Below the pieces are notes generated by a model. It ran no database searches. It was given only the letters and a program-made list of their open reading frames with translations, and was not told where the DNA came from. A stretch of DNA of 64,000 nucleotides from Stellaceae bacterium (GTDB lineage Bacteria > Pseudomonadota > Alphaproteobacteria > ATCC43930 > CGMCC-115725): the NCBI GenBank assembly GCA_050729815.1, contig JBOHLV010000102.1, forward strand, positions 12,772 through 76,771. The letters are read 5' to 3'. Positions 39,152-49,048 of the stretch are shown here, piece by piece (position 1 is the first letter of the stretch; each line of letters starts with the position of its first letter). The translations under genes were made by a program, and so were the position numbers.

Positions 39152-40411
39152 CTAAAAGAGATGCTTCAGCTTATAGACGAGGCGTTGCTCGATGCCCGCC
39201 GGCCGCGACGCCGCCTCGGCTACCGCCGGCACCGTCGCGATGATGTTGCCGCCGAGGCGAATGGTCAGTGTGCCCACCACTGCGCCCTTGGCGATCTTGC
39301 CTGCAATTTTCGGCGCCAGGGCAAGGCTCTTCTCGATTTTGACGCCATGACTCGCCGGCAAGGTCATGATCGCGCTGTTGCCGGCGGCGACGGGGATATG
39401 GGTCGGGTCGCGCAACGGGTTGTTGATCGCGCCGACAGTATCGCCGCGGCTCACCAAGCGACGGTTCTTGAAGAAGCGATAGCCGTAATCGAGCAGCGAT
39501 TCGACATCATTGGAGCTCGCGGTCCAGCTCGGCCCGCCCATCACCACCGCGATGAGCCGGCGCCCATTGCGCCGCGCCGTGGCATCGATGCAATGCCCGG
39601 ATTCGTCGGTAAGCCCGGTCTTGAGGCCGTCGACGGTGGCGTCGCGGAACAGCACCGGGTTCCAGCTCCGCTGCCGAATCTTGTTATAGGTGAAAAATTG
39701 CTGCTTCGAGATGTCGAGAATCCCTGGGAATCGCTCGATGATGGCGCGCGACAGCAGGGCGATGTCGCCCGCGCTGGTGTAGAGATCGGGCGCCGGCAGG
39801 CCGTTGACGTTGCTGTAGTGGGTATCGGCAAGCCCGAGCGTTGTTGCCGCCTTGTTCATCATTTCGACGAAGCTGCCTAGCGTGCCGGCCGTGGCTTCGG
39901 CCAGAGCGACCGCCGCGTCGTTGCCGGAATCGATCACCAGTCCGGAGATAAGCTGTGCCACCGTAACCGGCATGCCCGGCTGAATGAACATGCGCGAGCC
40001 GGTCGCCTTCCAGGCTTCGGTGCTGACCGGCACCGACTGCGTCAGCGACAGTGTCCCCGCCTTCAGCGCCTTATAGGTGAGATAGACCGTCATCAGCTTG
40101 GTCAGGCTGGCCGGCGCCAGATGAAGCCGCGGCGCTTTCGACGCGATCACCGTGCCGGTGGCGAAATCCAAGAGCACATAGCTTTTGATGTCGGGAAGTT
40201 GTGGCGGCGGCGGCACATCGGCCGGAAGCGCGATCTTGCCACCAAGGGCCACCGGCGGCGGCCCGGTATCCACCGGCACGGCCGTCGCCATCGCGGCGGC
40301 TTTGGCGCGATGGGCGTGTCGTGCCTGGTGGGCAAGTGCAGAGCCGGAAGCCACAATGGACAGCGCGAGCGCGAGACAGAATTCCGCGCGAAGCAGGAAC
40401 GAACGATTCAT
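39152..40411 (-). CDS. D-alanyl-D-alanine carboxypeptidase (PBP5/6-type serine hydrolase)
   Basis: Signal peptide, SxxK (ASLTK), SxN (SGN) and KTG motifs in the correct order. Confidence 0.85.
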   Translation of the reverse strand: MNRSFLLRAEFCLALALSIVASGSALAHQARHAHRAKAAAMATAVPVDTGPPPVALGGKIALPADVPPPPQLPDIKSYVLLDFATGTVIASKAPRLHLAPASLTKLMTVYLTYKALKAGTLSLTQSVPVSTEAWKATGSRMFIQPGMPVTVAQLISGLVIDSGNDAAVALAEATAGTLGSFVEMMNKAATTLGLADTHYSNVNGLPAPDLYTSAGDIALLSRAIIERFPGILDISKQQFFTYNKIRQRSWNPVLFRDATVDGLKTGLTDESGHCIDATARRNGRRLIAVVMGGPSWTASSNDVESLLDYGYRFFKNRRLVSRGDTVGAINNPLRDPTHIPVAAGNSAIMTLPASHGVKIEKSLALAPKIAGKIAKGAVVGTLTIRLGGNIIATVPAVAEAASRPAGIEQRLVYKLKHLF

Positions 40412-40474
40412 GGCGGACAGGTTTTCCCCGATCTGGCCGGGCCCGGCCCGGACTTGTCCCGACGTGGGGACAAT

Positions 40475-41767
40475 CTATGCAGGATTCGGGCGCAATTGCA
40501 CCTGTTGAAGCGGTTCGCCCGTTGGACGAATCGGTTCATCGGCAAGCGACGCCGCCGCGCCGATACGCGCCACCGCGCCCGCCACCGCCAGCCGTCGGCC
40601 GGCGCGGCTGAAGAAATCGCCATTGATCTGGGTCAGGCGCGCCATGACGTGACAGAACGACGCGACGAGCCGACGATCGGGCGCCGTTCCCTCCTGCCAG
40701 AAGCGGTCGATGCCCGTTTGATGGGTGAGACCCGGCAAATCGTAGATCGCCTTGCCGAGCGCGATCACCGGTACGCCGCGTGACAGCGCGGAAAGCCCGA
40801 CCGTGCTGTTGACCGTTACGATACCGCGGCTGTTCGCGATCAGCGTGCCGAGCGGGCCGCCCTCGATATAACCGACGCGGTCTTCAATGCCGCAATGGGC
40901 GGCTGTCGCATGCGCGATCCGGCGCCAATCCTGAAGTCGGCAATCGAAGGGATGCTCCTTGATGACGAGAAACGTGTCCGTGGGCGCATGCTGCGCAAAC
41001 GACCGGATGGCCACTCGAAGCGCGGGTGCCATGCGGCCCAAGGGCGAATGACGGCGAATCTGGGAATCACCATCGAGCTGCAATGGCAAGAGGTAATAAG
41101 GCCGCGGCGTTACCGCGAGGGCGCTCAACATCTTCCGCGTCCGGTGGTGGCGGATGGGCGCACCGGCGATACGACGGATCCAGCCCGCGCCCAGCGCGAT
41201 CGGATGTCGCGGCAGATGCGTCCGGTAGCCGGGATAGCGCCAAGCGAAGAGAAGGCTCCAGAGTTGGGAGATCGCGATTTCTGCCGCGCGCGACCGCAAA
41301 CCACCGGCGACGGCAACGCCCGTCCGCCATGACGGTAGCGTTGTTGCCGCCTCGCGATAGAAGGCCGGGTCGCGCGGCAGCGCGGAATAGCCGTTGACGC
41401 CGCCTTGCTCGAAGGTGATCCAGTCGGGGCGCAGATAGCCTTCCTCGAAGACGTGAACCCGGATGTCCCTCCTTGCGGCTACGCGAATCGCGACGACGTG
41501 AAGCGGCCGGCAATCGCCGAACAGGATGATGTCGGTGATGCCCCATGCCTCAAGGCGCGCCTCCAGAAAATCCGGCCAGTCCGAAATCGACCTCCGAAAG
41601 GAAATTGCGCCGGGAAGTCGCCAAGAGAGGCGGTCGCCGGCCGTGAAAAAGATGCGTTGCACGCTATGGCCTTGTGTTGCCAGAGCGCGGCCCAGCTCAC
41701 CGAAAAAACGCGTCGGCCCTTGCAGGACGAGGAAGCGGCGCTTGGCGTCGGCTTGCTCAATCATCAA
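40475..41767 (-). CDS. kpsS: KpsS/LipB-like capsular polysaccharide biosynthesis protein (beta-Kdo transferase family)
   Basis: 430 aa. FLVLQGPTRFF...FFTAGD and the conserved VFEEGYLRPDW motif are typical of the Capsule_synth (KpsS/KpsC) family. Confidence 0.7.
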   Translation of the reverse strand: MMIEQADAKRRFLVLQGPTRFFGELGRALATQGHSVQRIFFTAGDRLSWRLPGAISFRRSISDWPDFLEARLEAWGITDIILFGDCRPLHVVAIRVAARRDIRVHVFEEGYLRPDWITFEQGGVNGYSALPRDPAFYREAATTLPSWRTGVAVAGGLRSRAAEIAISQLWSLLFAWRYPGYRTHLPRHPIALGAGWIRRIAGAPIRHHRTRKMLSALAVTPRPYYLLPLQLDGDSQIRRHSPLGRMAPALRVAIRSFAQHAPTDTFLVIKEHPFDCRLQDWRRIAHATAAHCGIEDRVGYIEGGPLGTLIANSRGIVTVNSTVGLSALSRGVPVIALGKAIYDLPGLTHQTGIDRFWQEGTAPDRRLVASFCHVMARLTQINGDFFSRAGRRLAVAGAVARIGAAASLADEPIRPTGEPLQQVQLRPNPA

Positions 41768-42886
41768 CCGATTCCTCGGCCATTTCGTGCATTTTCGAGG
41801 GTTGGAGGGAACGGGTGATCGCGCCTTGCCAGCGCCGCAGGCGATTGAGAGTCCCGGGACGCCACCGCCGCCGGTCCGCGAGCCGCTCGATCGCGACTTC
41901 CGGGCTGCACGGCGCGCCGGTGAGCGGGTCGAGGTAGCGCGGATAGAGGATGAGCGTGCCGGCGACCAGTTCGGCCAGGGTGAGGTGCCGTCCGCGCCGC
42001 GGGATCGGCGTCATATCGGTGGTGAGGCCCCAGCCGGCATAGAATGGCCGGCCATAGACGACGACGCGCCGATGGCGGAGCAAGGCCTCGAACCCGGAGA
42101 GAGAGGTCAGCGTATGCACCTCGTCGACGGCCTCGATCACGGCAATGGTCGCGACGTCATGAACGACCATGTCCGCGTAGCGCCCAATGGCCCGATCGGC
42201 GAGGGCGCCGCGCCGGTGTCCCGCCGCGACATCGGGATGTGGCTTGAAGATGATGAAGGCATCGGGATTGGCCGCGCGCACGCGCGCCAGAAGCGCGAGG
42301 TTTCCCGCGATGCCGGCACCGCCCAGTACGACCGAGCGATCATCCGCGACTTGCCCCGGCACGAAGATCGTCCGGCGGAATGAGGGCCGGTCGAAGCTTG
42401 TCTGTCCGGCAAGTTGTATTTGCTGATGCCGCGCCGGACGAGTTCGCTGATCAGACGATCGGCGCGGGCCAGAAGCGCGACATCGAACGATGTGTCGTTG
42501 AGGATCGCTTCAAGGTCGCTCGGCTGGCCTGGATCGAAATAGATGCCGCGTTCATCGACGACGATCGAGACCGGAGGCACGCATTCGGCGCCGAGCCCGA
42601 CGGACCTGAGAAAGCCGTCTTCGACGCGAAGAAGGCGCACCCCGGCTTTCCCGGCGCGGTCCGCAAGCTCCGCCGGCTCGCGCGATGCCCAGACCGCGAC
42701 CACGCCATTTCTCGCTTCTGCGCTCGCGATGGCTTGGGCCGTGCCGCGGCAAAAGACGGGCACGGTCCCGGTCGCCCCGAGGAAACGACGCATCCACGCT
42801 CGTTTCCAAGGGGAAAATCCGAGACAGGCGACAACATTGGCGGGCACATTGCGAGGCGTGTCGGGATCGGCGCGGTTGCCGGTCAT
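41757..42886 (-). pseudogene. kpsC: KpsC-like (single Capsule_synth domain) gene interrupted by a frameshift
   Basis: Two overlapping ORFs in different frames. The upstream part (42886 down to ~42413) carries VEDGFLRSVGLG and GISKYNL. The downstream part (from ~42412 to 41757) continues with FVPGQVADDRSVVLGG...FKPHPDV. Together they form one ~400-aa homolog. The reading frame shifts by -1 somewhere in 42362-42412. Confidence 0.6.
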
Positions 42887-42887
42887 C

Positions 42888-43880
42888 TCAAATCTTGAAA
42901 CTTTCGAGCGTCTCCGGCGCGAACAACTCCTCCGGCGCCAAGCGGCGCGGCGACAATCCCTGCTCATGGTGATAGCGCAGGAACGTCTCGATCACATGAC
43001 GATTGGCATCGGAGCCATAAGGCCACCAATCCGGCCCCATGAGCTGTCGCGTGTCGTCGACCGCGCCGATCTGCCACGGCAGCATGGTCTTCAGCGCCGC
43101 GGAGATCATGAGATTGTCATAGGCGAGGCGCTTTGCCTCGGCGAATGCCTTGAACAACGATTGCGCGATCCATCGGTTGCGCTCATAGACGTCGCGGCGG
43201 ATCACCACCACATGCATGATCGGGAAGATTCGGGTCCGGACGTAATATTCGCGTTCGGCCGCGATATGGTCGGGGAACAGCCGGCGCACATCATCGGGCC
43301 GGGTGAAGAAGGTCGAGGGCGCGCGGGCGGTGTGTAGCGCGTCGATCTCGCCCGCCGCGATCATGCTGGACAGGGTTTGTGTCGCACCGATCGGCCGCAC
43401 CTCGAAGCGCGGCGGCAAATCGAGCGCGATCTTCTCGTCGCGGCCGGGTTCTTCCTCGCCGCCCGTTAGATAGTGAACGCTGTCCGGCGCGACGCCATAC
43501 TCGTCCGCAAGGATGCCGCGAATCCAGACCGGCGCCGTCATCTGATATTCCGGCACCCCGATGCGCTTGCCGACGAGATCGGCGGGCCGGGTGATCCCGC
43601 TTTTCGCCGAGACGAAGATGCTGCCGTGCCGGAACACGCGCGAGACGAAGGCGGGAATCGCGATGAAGGCGGGCGCGGCCGCCGCACGTGAGACGCAATA
43701 GGACGACAGTGACATCTCCGCCACGTCGAATTCGCGATAGCGCAGCATGCGAAAGAAGGTCTCTTCGACCGGCAGGCAGAGATAGGTGAGGTCGATGCCG
43801 TCCGGCACCACCCGCCCGTCCATCAGCGCGCGGGTACGGTCGTAATCCCAGCAGGCGAGGGTGAGGGAAAGGCGCGCCAT
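42888..43880 (-). CDS. 4,5-dihydroxyphthalate decarboxylase-like (NMT1/periplasmic-binding-fold) protein
   Basis: 330 aa. LTLACWDYDRTRALMDGRV...EETFFRMLRYREFDVAEMSLSSY...GKRIGVPEYQMTAPVWIRG...ETFLRYHHEQGLS matches my memory of PhtD-type decarboxylase-family proteins. No signal peptide. Confidence 0.6.
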   Translation of the reverse strand: MARLSLTLACWDYDRTRALMDGRVVPDGIDLTYLCLPVEETFFRMLRYREFDVAEMSLSSYCVSRAAAAPAFIAIPAFVSRVFRHGSIFVSAKSGITRPADLVGKRIGVPEYQMTAPVWIRGILADEYGVAPDSVHYLTGGEEEPGRDEKIALDLPPRFEVRPIGATQTLSSMIAAGEIDALHTARAPSTFFTRPDDVRRLFPDHIAAEREYYVRTRIFPIMHVVVIRRDVYERNRWIAQSLFKAFAEAKRLAYDNLMISAALKTMLPWQIGAVDDTRQLMGPDWWPYGSDANRHVIETFLRYHHEQGLSPRRLAPEELFAPETLESFKI

Positions 43881-45046
43881 CAGACCTCACCCCATACCGC
43901 CCGCGCGGTCTCGACGAGCCGCGCAAGCTTCGCTTCCTCTTCGGCTTCCGTCATCGGATTGCCGACGATCGAGCTGGCAAAGCCGCATTGCGGGCTGATC
44001 GCGAGTTGGTCGAGGGGCGCGGACCGTGCCGCGTCGTCGATGCGACGGCGCAGGGTGTCGGCGCTTTCGAGCTTCGGCGATTTCGACGACATAATGCCGA
44101 GCACGACGATCTTGTCGCCCTTCGGCAATTGTCGCAGCGGTTCGAACCCACCGGCACGTTCGCTATCATATTCGAGGAAATAGCCATCAACATTCACCTC
44201 GTTGAAGAGGATCTCCGCCACCGGATCATAGCCGCCGGCTGCCGCCCAATTGCCTTCGCGATTGCCACGGCATTGATGCAACGTCACCACGACCTCGTCG
44301 GGTAGGTCGGCCAGCGTCTCGTTGAGGCGCCGCGCATAGAGCTTCAGGAGCTGGTCGGGGTCGTTGCCCCAACGTGCGACGGTGGCGCGATGCAGCGGGT
44401 CGCAGAGGAAGGCGATGCTGGTATCGTCGAATTGGATATAGCGCGCGCCGGCCGCGACAAGCGCCGCGAGCTCCTGTCGATAGGCGGCGACGACATCGGT
44501 CCAGAACTGGTCGATATCCTGGTAATGACCCTCGCGGATGCCGTGATCGCCGCCAGCATACATGTGCAGCAGGATCGGCGCCGGGATCGTCACTTTGGGT
44601 ACGAGGTTGGAATTGGCCTTGAGAAATTCGAAGGCGCGGACGATCGGGCTCGGCCGCCACGCAATCTTGCCGGTGACATAGAGGCGTGAAAACGCCTGCT
44701 GCACGCCGGCGCTATTGCGCCAGGCGAGATCGCCCATCGGCATGCCGGTGCGGTTGGCGGAGAGCCCGTCCCAATTCATCACGAGTTCAAGCCACCAGCT
44801 TCGCCGGCGAAACTCGCCGTCGGTCGCGGCGCGAAGGCCGGCCCGCTCCTCCATTCGGGCGACTTCGCGGATACATTCATCCTCGACGGCGCGGAGCGCG
44901 TCATTGTCATGGGGACCGAGATTGCGGTCAGCGGTCTGGGCGCCAAGGAATTGCTCGCGCGCCTTCTTGAGCCGCGCCGGCCGCAACAGGCTGCCGACAT
45001 GATCGGCGCGAAATGGCGGCCGTGCGCTCATCGTGTGACGATCCAT
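43880..45046 (-). CDS. cobalamin-independent methionine synthase-like (MetE C-terminal domain/UROD-fold) protein
   Basis: FRADHVGSLLRP N-terminus and Zn-ligand-type motifs LHQCRGN and SPQCGF. The start may be ATG 45031 instead. Confidence 0.75.
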   Translation of the reverse strand: MDRHTMSARPPFRADHVGSLLRPARLKKAREQFLGAQTADRNLGPHDNDALRAVEDECIREVARMEERAGLRAATDGEFRRRSWWLELVMNWDGLSANRTGMPMGDLAWRNSAGVQQAFSRLYVTGKIAWRPSPIVRAFEFLKANSNLVPKVTIPAPILLHMYAGGDHGIREGHYQDIDQFWTDVVAAYRQELAALVAAGARYIQFDDTSIAFLCDPLHRATVARWGNDPDQLLKLYARRLNETLADLPDEVVVTLHQCRGNREGNWAAAGGYDPVAEILFNEVNVDGYFLEYDSERAGGFEPLRQLPKGDKIVVLGIMSSKSPKLESADTLRRRIDDAARSAPLDQLAISPQCGFASSIVGNPMTEAEEEAKLARLVETARAVWGEV

Positions 45047-45153
45047 CCTGATGCTTCAGATTTCATTGCGTCTTTCTCCTCCTCGCTCTAATTCTCGTAA
45101 TTGCGCGGCGGGCACCTATTTCCTTAAAAGGCTCATAGCGCGGGTGGCAGGCA

Positions 45154-45969
45154 ATGGCGATACGAAAAATTTCCCTCGTTCTGGCCGATGTCGACGGCAC
45201 GCTGGTGACCGAAGACAAAATCCTGACGCCACGTGCCCAGGCGGCGGTCAAGGCGTTGCGTGCGGCCGGCATTCGCTTTGCCATCACCAGCGGGCGGCCG
45301 CCGCGCGGCATGGCGATGCTGATCGATCCCCTGGCGCTCGACACGCCGATCTCGGCCTTCAATGGTGGGCTCTTCGTCAAACCTGACCTTACCATCCTCG
45401 AAGAAAAGACGCTGCCGCCCGATGTGGCGCGGCAGGCGGTCTCGCTGATCCGCAAGGATGGTCTCGATGCCTGGGTTTATAGCGGGCATGACTGGTTCAT
45501 CCCCAAAAAAGACGCGCCGCATGTGGACCGCGAGGCCTGGACGGTCAAGTTCGAGCCCAAGGTCGTCGACGATTTCGGCGAAGCGCTCGACCGCGCCGCC
45601 AAGATCGTCGGCGTCAGCGATGATCACGACGCGATCCGGCGCTGCACCGACGATGCCCGCAACGCCTTTGGCGACCGTGCCACGGCCGCCACGTCGCAGC
45701 CTTATTACCTCGACATCACCAATAAGGACGCCAACAAGGGCGGAGTGGTGGCGTATCTCACCCGCCATCTTGGCGTGCCGGCGACGGAGATCGCGACCAT
45801 CGGCGATCAGCCGAACGATCTCCTGATGTTCGAGCCTTCAGGCCTCAGCATCGCCATGGGCAATTCGCCCGACGAGGTGAAGGAGAAGGCGGATGTCGTC
45901 ACCGATTCCTATAGCGAGGAAGGCTTCGCCAAGGCGATGGAGCGACATATCCTCGGCAAATCGGGCTGA
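45154..45969 (+). CDS. Cof-type HAD-IIB family hydrolase
   Basis: Motif I LADVDGTLV, ITSGRPP, and the C-terminal IGDQPNDLLMF...GNS. Confidence 0.85.
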   Translation: MAIRKISLVLADVDGTLVTEDKILTPRAQAAVKALRAAGIRFAITSGRPPRGMAMLIDPLALDTPISAFNGGLFVKPDLTILEEKTLPPDVARQAVSLIRKDGLDAWVYSGHDWFIPKKDAPHVDREAWTVKFEPKVVDDFGEALDRAAKIVGVSDDHDAIRRCTDDARNAFGDRATAATSQPYYLDITNKDANKGGVVAYLTRHLGVPATEIATIGDQPNDLLMFEPSGLSIAMGNSPDEVKEKADVVTDSYSEEGFAKAMERHILGKSG

Positions 45970-45973
45970 TGGC

Positions 45974-47128
45974 CTATTCCGCCGCGGCGCGTTTCGGCGC
46001 TGGCGCGCGGTCCTTGAAATAGGGCAGCACCTCCTCCGCGACCGCCGCCTGGTTCACCATCGCCATTTCGTGCGGCATGGTGCCGAACTGGGTCTTGGTC
46101 AAGGAATAGCCGAAGCCGGCAAGGTCCTGATAGGCTGCAAGCTTCTCCCTGACGGTGTTGGGGCTGCCAACGATGACGGTGCCGAGATCGATAAGATCGT
46201 CCGGTGTTTGCGGACGGGTGCGGCCCATCGCACGCTGGCGCTTCACCGATTCGATGGTGCTGTAGCCCGGCGGTGACATCATCACCGGGTTCATCTTGAA
46301 GAACTTTCCATAGCTTTCGAGATAGGGCCGCGCCTCGCGTCGCGCCTTGTCGTCGGTCTCGGCGATATAGATCGCGTTCGACCAGGCGAGCTGCTCGGGC
46401 GCGGCGTCATAGCCGCATTTCGCCGCCTCCTCGCGAAATACATCGAAGATGCGTGCCACCGATGCGATCGGCGCCAGAGTCTGGCAATAGGTATAGCGCA
46501 TCTTCGCCGACCAGCGGATGGTGCTGATCGAGCCCGAGGACGGCGTCCAGATCGGCGGATGCGGCTTCTGATAAGGCAAGGGCCATGGATTGACATAGCG
46601 CAGATTATAGAACTTGCCCTCGAAGTGAAACGGGCCGGGCCGCGTCCAGGCTTCTATGATGAGATCGTGCGCTTCGAGGAAGCGGGGATTCGATTCCGCG
46701 GGATTGACGCCCATCGAATGATATTCGGCACCGATGCCGCGCACGAAACCGGCGATGACGCGGCCGCGGGTGATGTTGTCGAGGATGGCATATTCCTCGG
46801 CGATGGTGAGCGGGTTGCTGACGAGTGGCAAGGCGCGGCCCAGGATCGCGAGCTTGCCGCGCCTGATCTTGCGCGACAGGGCGCCGGCGAGCACCCCCGG
46901 CACCGGCATCATGCCATAGGCGGTCTGGTGATGCTCGTTGACGCACACGCCGTCGAAGCCGAGCTCGTCGGCACGTTCGAGTTCGTCGAGATACTGGTTG
47001 AAGAGATCGGCGCCTTTTACCGGGTCGTAATGGCTGTTGGAATAAGTGACCCAGGCCGATCCGTTCCGGTCGATCGCATCGAGATCGGCATGGGCATAGG
47101 GCATCAGGTGAAAATTGAAGATCTTCAT
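45974..47128 (-). CDS. LLM-class (luciferase-like) flavin-dependent oxidoreductase
   Basis: 384 aa. FDGVCVNEHHQTAYGMMP and the overall TIM-barrel LLM pattern. Confidence 0.8.
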   Translation of the reverse strand: MKIFNFHLMPYAHADLDAIDRNGSAWVTYSNSHYDPVKGADLFNQYLDELERADELGFDGVCVNEHHQTAYGMMPVPGVLAGALSRKIRRGKLAILGRALPLVSNPLTIAEEYAILDNITRGRVIAGFVRGIGAEYHSMGVNPAESNPRFLEAHDLIIEAWTRPGPFHFEGKFYNLRYVNPWPLPYQKPHPPIWTPSSGSISTIRWSAKMRYTYCQTLAPIASVARIFDVFREEAAKCGYDAAPEQLAWSNAIYIAETDDKARREARPYLESYGKFFKMNPVMMSPPGYSTIESVKRQRAMGRTRPQTPDDLIDLGTVIVGSPNTVREKLAAYQDLAGFGYSLTKTQFGTMPHEMAMVNQAAVAEEVLPYFKDRAPAPKRAAAE

Positions 47129-47916
47129 GTCGTGACCCTCCCAGACGCGATGAAATCGGTGATGAGATCAGCCGTTTCCTGCGGCTTTTCGAGATGGGGC
47201 AGGTGGCCGGCGCCGGTCAGGGTGGCGCGCCGCGATTTCGGAATCGCCTGTTGCCACGCGGCACCATAGGCCGGCGGCAAGAGGCGATCCTGATCGCCCC
47301 ATAGGATGAGCGTCGGTCGATCGATGCGATGAAGCCATTTGGCCAGGCCGGGATCGTGAAGCCGTGGCTGCCAGCCGAGCTTCGCCGTTATCATCCGGCC
47401 TTTCAAAAGTGCGTCCTCCGCCTCGGGCGCCATGATGCGGGCAAGCGCGTCTTCCGCCAGTTTCGGATCGACGAAAAGATCGGGAAGCAGCCGATCTTCC
47501 GTCACGGCGAAGGGATCGATGCCGGTGACGCCGGCGAGCTGGATGCCCCAGGGATCGATCAAGGTGAGCGAGGCGAGGCGCGAGGTGTTGCGGATTGCCA
47601 GCTCGGCCGCGACCCAGCCGCCAAGCGATGCGCCGGCAATATGGACGTCGCGCAAATCCTTGGCGTCGAGGAAATCGAGATAGAAACTCGCAAGGTCGGT
47701 GATCCGCTCGAGCCAGGGCGGTGCGTCGCCGCCGCCATAGCCCGGATGCTCGGGGATGATGACGTCGAACCGCTGGGCGAGGCGCTTATGAAACGGCGTG
47801 ATGGAAGCACCGACCCAGGCATCGTGCAGGAAGAGTAGCGGCGAGCCCGTGCCGCCGCGCGCGACCCGGATCCCGACGCCGCCAAGTTCCACCGTGTCAT
47901 ATCCGAATTCCAGCAT
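47125..47916 (-). CDS. alpha/beta hydrolase (canonical Ser nucleophile)
   Basis: PLLFLHD and nucleophile elbow GASLGG. There is a 4-nt overlap with the downstream LLM gene. Confidence 0.8.
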   Translation of the reverse strand: MLEFGYDTVELGGVGIRVARGGTGSPLLFLHDAWVGASITPFHKRLAQRFDVIIPEHPGYGGGDAPPWLERITDLASFYLDFLDAKDLRDVHIAGASLGGWVAAELAIRNTSRLASLTLIDPWGIQLAGVTGIDPFAVTEDRLLPDLFVDPKLAEDALARIMAPEAEDALLKGRMITAKLGWQPRLHDPGLAKWLHRIDRPTLILWGDQDRLLPPAYGAAWQQAIPKSRRATLTGAGHLPHLEKPQETADLITDFIASGRVTT

Positions 47917-48072
47917 ATCTTATTCTGTTCCATCTTCCGTGGTGGCGTGAACCGGTTATAGTCCCGTCGGAAGACTAAACCAATGCGCGGACGGGACAGG
48001 AATAAATCCCGTGACCCGATCATTCGCACTACGCATGCCACGCATGCCACGCGAAGCCAGGGAGCCATCAAC

Positions 48073-48921
48073 ATGAAGAATCCGTCGGAACTGCATCGGG
48101 ACATGGTCGCCTATTGGACCGGCATTGGCGCCGCCGCCTGGATCGAGCGCAGTGAGCGAACCGAGCGCATGCTGGCGCCGGTCGCCGAACGCTTGCTGAA
48201 GGTGGCGAAGCCGCAGCCGGGCGAAACCGTGCTTGATGTCGGCTGCGGCTTGGGGCCGACGACGACCGAACTCGCGCGGCTGGTCGGGCCGAGCGGGCGG
48301 GCCGTCGGGCTCGACGTGTCGCATGTGATGATCGAAGAAGCGCGCCGGCGCGGCGCCGACCTCGGCAATCTCGAATTCATCGCCGCCGACGCCGCGACCC
48401 ATTCCTTTTCGGCGCCGTTCGCCGATCTGCTGTTCTCGCGCTTCGGCGTCATGTTCTTCGGCGATCCGACCGCGACCTTCGCGAATTTGCGCAAAGCGCT
48501 GAAACCCACGGCCCGCGTCGCCTTCGCCTGCTGGCGTCGGATGAGCGAGAATCCCTGGATGCTGAAACCGCTGCTGGCCGCCTATGAGCATGTGCCGAAG
48601 CTGCCGCCGGCGGAGCCGAATGATCCCGGCCCGTTTGCCTTTGCCGACCAGGATCGGGTGACGCGAATCCTGACCGGCGCCGGCTATGCCGCGCCGCGCT
48701 TCACCGCGCTCGACATGACGGTCGATATCGCCGGCGGCGCCGGGCTCGACGCCGCGGTGCATCAGGCGATGACCATCGGTGCCACCCGCGGTGCCTTGCA
48801 GGACCAGCCCGATGCCGTGCGTGCCGCGGTGGCGACCGCGATCCGCGCCGCGCTGGTCCCGCACGCCCAGGACGGCAAGGTCGAGCTCCCCGCCGCGGTG
48901 TGGCTGGTCGAGGCCGGGTGA
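48073..48921 (+). CDS. class I SAM-dependent methyltransferase
   Basis: Motif I VLDVGCGLGPTT. Start set at ATG 48073 after an AGGGAG RBS. The ORF-track start at 47983 adds an Arg/His-rich extension. Confidence 0.8.
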   Translation: MKNPSELHRDMVAYWTGIGAAAWIERSERTERMLAPVAERLLKVAKPQPGETVLDVGCGLGPTTTELARLVGPSGRAVGLDVSHVMIEEARRRGADLGNLEFIAADAATHSFSAPFADLLFSRFGVMFFGDPTATFANLRKALKPTARVAFACWRRMSENPWMLKPLLAAYEHVPKLPPAEPNDPGPFAFADQDRVTRILTGAGYAAPRFTALDMTVDIAGGAGLDAAVHQAMTIGATRGALQDQPDAVRAAVATAIRAALVPHAQDGKVELPAAVWLVEAG

Positions 48922-49048
48922 GCTTAGCCAAACTCTTCTTGTCATTTGCGTGTCCCTGTCCGATTGTTCGCCCGGTTGTATTTGGCGACCATGTTTTACC
49001 GGTTTCGGCGCGGCCTCAACCGCGCACCGGCAACAATTGGGAGGGATC

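Noticed and set aside
45047-45153. A cobalamin or SAM riboswitch upstream of the MetE-like genes (also checked in 56210-56332).
   Set aside because: I found no B12-box-like or SAM-II-like conserved strings by eye, and the regions are short. A covariance-model scan is needed for certainty.
48031-48048. Tandem direct repeat ACGCATGCC ACGCATGCC upstream of the methyltransferase gene. An 8-bp inverted repeat GTCCCGTC...GACGGGAC lies at about 47960-47998.
   Set aside because: There are only two copies of a 9-mer, and the stem is short with a 22-nt loop. Both are compatible with chance or a minor operator, and neither has supporting context.
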